A stretch of 64,000 nucleotides of DNA from Owenia fusiformis (Eukaryota), in the NCBI GenBank assembly GCA_903813345.2, contig CAIIXF020000001.1, positions 3,410,001 to 3,474,000 on the forward strand, written 5' to 3'. A program made the position numbers and the translations under genes. Numbering within the stretch: position 1 is the first letter of the stretch; the number at the start of each line of letters is the position of its first letter. A model generated the notes under the pieces. It was given only the letters and a program-made list of their open reading frames with translations. It ran no database searches and was not told where the DNA came from. Positions 51,401 to 60,400 of the stretch are shown here, one piece after another.

Positions 51401-54400
51401 TTTTTATTTTGACCTACTTTTTGGACACGCCATAACTTCCGAACCGGAAGTTGGATCGAAATTTGGTTTGCAGATTCGGATTCCTGACAAAATTTTACAC
51501 CTAATTCATAACTCATACGTTAAATTTGGAGATTTTTTTATTTTGACCTACTTTTCGGACACCATATCTCAAAAGTGGGTCAAAATACTTTCTGACGGCA
51601 AAAGGCTAACACTATTAGCACACTCTTGGCTACAAGTATACACAATTTCGAAGAATATAAGTGAAGTGTAGTGTCAGAAACGCAAAAATAAGGAAAACCT
51701 TTGAATTTGACCTAGATTTTGACCTAGGCATTTTGGTGTCCAAATTTTGAAACTAACTGGCTTTTGAGGTCCCCTTCTTTTGAAGGCTTTCATTAAATTA
51801 AGCTGCACTCAGTCTATATTTCGTATTTCTCACTTCAAAAAATCTTTTTTTCCCATTGACTTAACATGGGCACCAAATTTAGCGATTTTTGAGCTTTTAA
51901 AACGCCATAACTTCCGAACCGGAAGTCGGATCGAAATTTAGTTTGCAGATTCGGATTCATGGAAAAATTCTACCCCTAATTGATAACTCATACCTTGAAT
52001 TTGGAGAACTTTTTATTTTGACATACTTTCTGGACGCCATATTTCAAAATCGGTAAGAGTAATCAAAAAACGGATGACACATATATGAAAGGGCTGTTTC
52101 TAAGCTACATGATGAAAAAAAGATGAAGACGTTTCGATAAATAACGACGAAGATAATAGACAGAAGGTTGAAAATGTCAGATTTGACCCAGTTCTAGGAT
52201 AGGATAGGATATAGAATAGGAAAGAAGGATAGGATAGGAATGAAAGGATAGGAAGGAAGGATAGATAGGAAGGATATGATCAGACAGGATAGGAAGGAAG
52301 GATGGATGATTTTTTCTATATTTTCTTCGCTACTCTTGACTTTCTATAAGGATATCATCAGATCGATTTTACTCGAAATTTCAAAACGCCATAACTTTCG
52401 AACCGGAAGTCGGATCGAAATTTGGTTTGCAGATTCGGATTCCTGAGTAAATTCTACCCTTAATTCATAACTCAGATGTTAAATTTGGAGAACTCGTTAT
52501 TTTGACCTACTTTCTGGACGCCATATTTCAAAATCGGTAAGCGTAATCAAAAATCTAATGTCATATCTTTGCTTTGACTTTTTCTAAGCTACATGATGAA
52601 AAAAAGATTTAGGAGTTAGGATAAACAACGACGAAGATAAATGACAGAATGTTGAAAATGTAAGATTTGACCTAGTTCTTGACCTTTGACCTAGATAAAA
52701 ATTTGACCCAATTTCCGAGGAACTAGATACTGGACATAAATTGACAGAATAATGATCTTTATTGCCAACCTTATGGTTATCGAGAAAACTGGGAAAGAAT
52801 AATAAAGAATAAGAAGAAGAAGAATACTGACGAAAACAATAGACTCCAGATTTACATCTGGAGTCTAATAAGAAAACTGGCAAAAGCAATAGACTCCAGA
52901 TTTTCATCTGGAGTCTAATAAAAAGCATCATGATAACTTAACACCTTCCTCAAAGAAGATACATAATGAGGTAGGTAAAACAATTTGACCAATCAACTAA
53001 AAAACCTTTCAAATATTAAATTTTACCAATCTTCAATATGAATAAAGGCCCATTCACGCCATTTGTGGTTGACAAATATATCAAATTAATGATCTAAAGA
53101 ATTTACCAAACCCCCATAGATATGCATGTACCATGATCTTTATGTTACGTTAAACGCCAGTGTTGTGTATATTCAATCAAAATTCAGATTGCAATTTAAA
53201 GTAGAGAAATTAGTTCTGTCAAAGAATGAACTGACGCATATTGAAAGAATATCTGAATATATAAACTGCATTCTGATACTCATAGCATCTTTCTGTTTCA
53301 CCCCAGGGCTGAGAAGAAATGAGATGTCATGATTTATCATGATGTATAAACTGTGAGAAAATGAAATTTAATATAAAAGTCATAGAGAGAATGTACATGA
53401 TCTGGAACAGATTGAAATTCAGATGCTGACAATTTGATTCTTGCAAAAAGTTTCCTTGAAAAGGTGTTCTTTTAAGTGATTTCGTATCTTTTAAGTGATA
53501 CAATTAAACATTGATTACAATTTAACATTGCTCTCAATGGGAAATTATTTTTTATTTTTTAAAACAAGCCTTCACAGACACAATTTTAGGACGAAAAATC
53601 CAAAATGGCCGCCTTAACATTTACCAAGAATGTCGAAAAACTAATCAGTTCTAAACTTTCATAGGTAGAAACATCCCTGAGAATTTCAAATGAATCCCTC
53701 AAACGGTTTGGCTGGAAACCTGTAGACAAGATTATTCGGGACGCCCGCCCGCCCGGCAAACTGATTACAATATAGCACCTTAGGGTGCGATAATAAGAAA
53801 TAATGGTTCGTTTATCAACACTCTATCAACTCTTTAAATGATATGAAACAATAAGAAATGTGTTTGGAGTTATAGATAGTATATCATATACTAACACGTA
53901 ATCTAACATTATATAACAAAAGTAATCAAAGAAACAAAACTTCCAAAACCTCCAAAAAGAGATATATTTGTACTGGCACCTCTCACTATTAAACAGATTT
54001 AATCTATAAACAGACACATGTGCACATCTTCTATTGAAGTATATGATGGCTGGGTTATAAACACTCATCAACTTTTTAGATAATATGAAGCAACAATAAA
54101 TGTGTAAATCTTTCCTAGTCCTGAATGATCCCATAAATTCATCATATCAATGTTCACCTTTATAAGTAAATAGAAAAATCTATATTTTGCAGTTCTTTAT
54201 AGTGACTGGATCATTTGGCATTGCTGCAGGCAGATTTAAATCAAAATGTTTGGTAAGTAACCCTCAATAACATCAATATTTTCATTCTTCATTATAAACT
54301 GATTTCATTCTTCATTTAAACTGATTTCATTCTTAATGTTAACTGATTGTTCCGAGGGATATCCAAAAAAATGAGATTTGATATGTGGTATTTTAACACT

Positions 54401-57400
54401 TTAGATTTGATATTTGAACACCTTTTATTTTTCAGATCATCACATTTATGGTATTGTCAATTGTGACATCATGTGCCTGTCTCACTCTGTTGGGCCTCTC
54501 TGCAGTTGGACTGGCAAATGATGAGCTATTCCATTACGCTTGCAAAAAAAACTATTCTTGCTATTATGATAATCTGGTAGGCCTAATTTAATCCTCTATT
54601 GACAATTTGACCTGCACCATTTAAAGAAATGACACTCAATGTTCCTGATTTTACCAGAGCATTCTGCATAAAGATGATACAAATTATGCATATTGTGATG
54701 TTGCTTATTTCGCATCATAGTGTTTGACTAACACTGTGACATCATGTGGTTGGACATGGATGAAGCGTTGTGCAAACTGTTGAAACAGAAAAATTCTATA
54801 CCCAATATGTTAATCAGCTTTTTTATTGTGAAAGAACTTAGATTACATTATGTACAGGATGAAATGATATTTGCAGAGTTTTACTTGAGTTTTGGATATG
54901 TTTAGCAAATTGATCGAGTTGATTTTGAATTTGAGTTACATCTCTAGATGTCAAGCAAAATGAAGATTGTGGCCATGTTTGAATAGATTTCACTTGAGTG
55001 ATCTATTTGACCAGTGATGTTTTAAATTCAGGATGCAAGGGTTGCTACAAATGCATTACTGGTGGTGACATCTATCATCCAGGCAGCACTATGTATCACA
55101 TCCTCTGCCTATTGCTGTATGGCTGTCTGTTGTTGCAACAATGTAAGTGAATGATATGCTTTCACTTAGAATAATAAGAAACAATATAGCCCTTTTCAGG
55201 TAATCTGCTTGTTAAATCACACTATTAATTATAATCCTATAATATGATAAAAAAAGATATCAAGAGATGCAACCCTAATGTATGTATGTATGTATAATTT
55301 ATTTACCTCTTAAATAAAAGAGAGTTACATTCATAGGCATAACATATAATGGACTTTAAGTAAGATAATTAAAACATATTAAAAATTATGTGTTATATGA
55401 TAAAGGATAATTAATCTTTACCCAAGAGTAATTGTCTATGCCTGTGCAACTCGTACACGTGCATCGCTATAAGTAGCAAGGTCTCCTTATCATCATTGTA
55501 TACAATTCCTAAAATCACTTTAAGAGTAAAATCATCGTTCATTACATTTAGATTTCCCCTTGCTATATTGAGTAAGGGTTTTCTGACATTCGTAAAAGCT
55601 GGACAGGTAATCAGGAAATGCTTAACACTATCTCTTTCGTTAAGGTCACAAAAATTACAAATTTCTGATATAGGTGTGTCACCCTCACGTCGTCTACTAT
55701 TTACATCATATGTCGAGGTTAACAGCTTAACCATCATTTTACAGAGGTACATGAGATTGGGGTTTTCTTTAGCAATCACCCACCATACATTGGGTTTTAA
55801 AGTAGACAGCGATCCTGTCACCACATTTAGATTTTTATACATTGAAGACGATAGTACAGTACAAAAATTGTGAAATCTCTTGACACGTCCGTATACTACA
55901 ATTCTAAATTCTTGTTTGGATGGAATTTGAGCATTAAAAATCATGTCCTTAACATAGTCTGTGAGATTATAAAACAGAACCGTATCCCACATTTGAGCTA
56001 ATGGAGACTTCCTACCCTGATATGTTGATTTTAAATACATCATTCGTATAAGTCTTTCTAAACAAATAACCTTATATATACAACTTACAGGCAACCTTAA
56101 CAACATGTACAGAAACATTAATCTATCACAGTCAATTTTTGCTCTAACAGACATCCAACCAAGCAAACTTGTAGCAACAGGGTCCGGTGTATTCTTTGGC
56201 AGTGTCTGGATGCGTTTTCCGATCTCTTTGTGTAGTCCTTCCATGAGATTAATATCATTGTTTGTGTAAGGTATAACTGCGCACCCATACGTCAGAGTTG
56301 GGTAGGAGAAAGACCAATAAAGCTTCGATCCAAGCAGGGGGTGTATTCCACCACACCCATTGCCTAGGCCTAAGAGTGAACAAAATTTTCTCCTTGCACA
56401 GGATATTGCAGATTTTACATGTAAATTTGTACTACCTAGTGGTATTCCAACATGTTGAGCCGAGTTTACAATTTTAAGGGAACATTTACCAAGTTTGAAA
56501 TCTTGGGCAGCCCTTTTTCTTGGGCCAAAATACATAATGACACATTTTTCTGGGTGGAATTCAAATCTCCAGCGACGACTGTAATCATAAGCTATCTGAA
56601 GTAAGGTATTCATTTGATCATGCCCAGTGGTAATGATGGCAAGATCATCAGCGTATGCCGGACAACCTACAGGGTGTTCCCCAATTTTCGCAACCATTTG
56701 ACTGTCAACCAACTCGAGTAACAAGTCTGCCAAGAAAAACTGATACAAAATCATACTACAGACCCCACCTTGGTGGACTCCCCGGTGGACATTGAAAGAT
56801 TTTTGGTTTAAGATTCCACTAACAAAAACTTTACATTTGTATTTACAATAGGACTGGTACAAAATTCGCCACGCAAGACCATTAAAACCGTTTTGATATA
56901 GTTTCCAGAATAGACCGTCAATCCAGGTACCGTCGAAAGCTTTCTTAATGTCCATTAACGCCAATATGACACCATCCTTAATATTATGGGCAATGGTTTC
57001 CTGTAGTAACAATGATGTTTGAAGAGATGAGCAATTTTCAATAGATGCCCCCTGGAGCTGGGGAATTTTGCTCCTAAGCCGAGGCAGCATTCTTAACAGA
57101 ACAAGATTGTCAAATAATTTCCTTAAAATGCTCATGAGTGTTATTCCCCGATGATGATCCTTGTTAAGACAGTCTTTATTCCCAGATTTTAGTAAGGGAA
57201 TAAGAATACCAGTGCAAAAGTCTTCTGGGATGTACTCGCTGACTCGCATAGCATTAAAAAGTAAGGTTAATAACGAAGTCATACAATCACCACCGTATTT
57301 GATATGCTCAGCATTTAGCCCATCATGCCCGGCTGCCTTGTTGTTATTAAGTTTCATTATACAATCCTTCACTTCTCTCACTGTGAACTTCGTGTCAAGA

Positions 57401-60400
57401 ATACCATCATTGTTCAATAAAGATTCTGCATGCATGTTTTTCAAATCAGATACAACGATTTGCTCAAAATCTTGATCAAAAATATCCCTGTGATCATATG
57501 ATGCTAGTTTACTGAAGTATGATTGCCAATCATTATTTATATCAGTGGGATCAGTTAAAACATCACCAGAATCTGATCTGATAGACCCCGTTGACTTACT
57601 TGTACAATTTCTACTTTTATTCAAGAGGTACCAAAAAGTTCTTTGATCCATATCATTAGCATCATAAATATCATTAAGCTGCTTCTGTTCATAGTTAACA
57701 CGTGACTGATTAAATGCAGCTCGGAAGCCTTTCTTCGCTTCCTTGTAAGCTTTCCTGATAGGATCAGAAGAATCCCTTGGTCTCCCTGCTTTAGTCCATT
57801 TGTGCCAGGCTGCTTTTTGTTTTTTCTTAAGAATAGACAGATCATTGTTCCAAAATGGCTTCTGATGCTTTATAAATTTTTTCAAAGGAATGGCATCATC
57901 AGCTCTGCATTTAACAATTTCAATCAAGCGTTCAATGAAAATATCGATGTCCTTACCATCAAGTTTGCTATTGTCTGACATACTACTGATTAAAGGCTCC
58001 AAATCTGACTGCAAAGGGATTGTATATTTATCATTTACCTCATCACGAGACACCCTGTACCATGAGTAAACCTTCTTGACATATAGCGTTGAGCTTTTAA
58101 CATGTTTAATAGATGGCAGGTCGAAAACACTTTTAATTGCTAAATGGCCATAAGTTGGCGTATACGCGCTACATAAAACCCTACAACTAATTACACTCTC
58201 CAACATGGATTCAGAAATAACAATATGGTCAATATACGATTTATACCCAGTGGCTGATTCATATGTATAAATAGGCCCTTGTGTTTTGTTTTGCATATCG
58301 AGGGCAACTAATCCGTTACGTTGCATCATTTGGAACAATAGTTGACCGTTAAAACTATGATCAGCAGTAGAACGCCGTGTACCATACAAATTGCCCAAAT
58401 TGGCATTAAAATCGCCAATAATTACTATTTTAGCATCTGTTTGACAACTAATTACATATTCTTCCAATGCATTGAGCACGTCTTCAAAATTTTCATTTTT
58501 ACACCCAATCTGTGGCAAATATACAGAAAATATAAAAATTGGCACAGTTGCCTCGACCTTTACACATGCAATCGTAAACGTTTTTGAGGAAATTGGTCAC
58601 GCGTAGTATTCTGCTTTGAGGGGACCGTGCTTAATGTTTAAGCATAGAGCATTATTTATATTCGTTTTACAACATGTTAATATTCTTAGGTATCAAATAC
58701 ACAACATGGCCATATTATTGGACAAGGGCAACAAGGAGTCCTAGCAATGACCACAAGTGGGCCACAAGTGATTTATGTGGCTGGCTACCCTGCGTGCAGA
58801 GTCTAGTTAAACTACACTCTGCCTAGTAGAGACCATATTACAGTTTAGTGGCCCCGCCCCCACGACGGGTGCCGGTGACAGTTTGGGTAATAAATCACGT
58901 TTGACTTACGCGCTGACCTTTCTTCCACCAATCGGCGAGCTTGAAGAAACATACGCCAAATGCGTTCTAATTAAATATGCGCATGTCATTGGTCAATTTC
59001 GGGCTCAACGCTGACGTCAGAAGGAATAACCATATATAGAACGTCGGTCAAATTTGGCCGACGAACACTGATTGGCGCGGTGAGTTCACAGGTTTATTTT
59101 AGTTTGAAAGAGTGAAGACGAAGCTCTCTTTTAAGAAGTGAAGTCAAACGAATGCAAAGGGTAGTGGCTGGCAAGCCAAGCAATTCTACCCCAATGTCAC
59201 AGATGAATGCCACCAGCCAACCAGGTGATATACACAAATACCTTCCTTTAGCCAACTCAATGGAAAAACAATACTGTTTAGAGCTAGAATAGTAATAATA
59301 TACACACTTCAAAACATCTGAAATAAGCTATATTTAAATGCCACAAGCAAACCAGGTGACATACACAAACGCATTCCTTTAGCCACTTTACTTTGTTAGA
59401 ATTACCTTTACTTTCAATGCCAATTTGGCCAATGCCAAATGTCTATTTTGATATAAAAACTAAACCTAACGAACACATATGGCACTTGAAAAATAAATGC
59501 TTAAATCTTATTTCAACAAAAAGGAAATATATATCAACACCTTAAAAACAAAAGCCGCATACTTCAAAAATTTGAGGGCAACAGTAAAAACCAAAATAAA
59601 TTTCAGTCCATCTCAACAGTGACAGAGCAGCAAACAAAGGACCAGAATAGCAAAATTTGAAACAATGTAGCTTTTTTGATATAAAGTCTCATTAAATGAA
59701 ATTTGATGAGTAACTCTAGAATTAAATTATCTTTAAAATGAGATATGACACACTATGAAACATTAAGGACTTTTTGCTGTAGAGGGGAGTGCCGTGTTTT
59801 TTGACACCCTGTATATTCCAGTTTTTTATTTGGGTTTACCAATTTTGAAAATGAAGAAGGAGTCGCTTGTGTCCCAAATTTGCTTCTGGGGCATGAAACT
59901 GCTTTCTACCTTCAAATTATCTGAATTCAACGTATATAATATGTAAATGAAAAATCGCTTGAGGAAGAACACATTTAAGAATTTGCACTGAATAATATCA
60001 ATGTTTATTCCAGTTAGCATGATATTCATAGGATAACATGTAAAAAAAACGGTATTTTTGTAATCAGTGGTAAAATATGATATTTTTGTCTTATTTTCAC
60101 TTAACCATAGCATATGGTGTTTTAGCCATGACATACGGCGCTGTATGCTATGAATTATGGATTTTTGCTCGCCGGATCATTTGGAAAATTCGGATTAAAT
60201 CACTTAATTTCTGACGATTCTGAAGATGATTTTAACTATGGAACAAGACACAGGACGTGAACGAGATCACACCATCAAATAGGCAGACACTATGAACCAG
60301 GAAAACTGTTCTCCTATTATGTTTACAACTTTCAAGAACAAGAAAACAAGATGGCGCCCAAAAGTTAATCAGCTCTAGTACTTGATATCCTCTATCATGT

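Larger units (their letters stand above)
47297..53082. mobile_element. Small TIR element (~70-bp arms) expanded by nested insertions
   Basis: TGATATATTTGTCAACCACAAATGGCGTGA... at 47297 and its reverse complement ending at ~53082. It encloses the 47365-48837 element and the HINE pair. TSD not resolved. Confidence 0.6.

Noticed and set aside
58777-59164. Possibility that the exonic insertion is removed as a GT-AG intron (introner-like)
   Set aside because: GT at 58777 to AG at 59164 removes 388 nt where 387 are needed, causing a frameshift, and both sites are weak.
59336-59390. ~55-bp duplicate of the MS4A exon-5 donor region
   Set aside because: A real local duplication, but with no acceptor or open frame upstream, so there is no evidence of an alternative exon.
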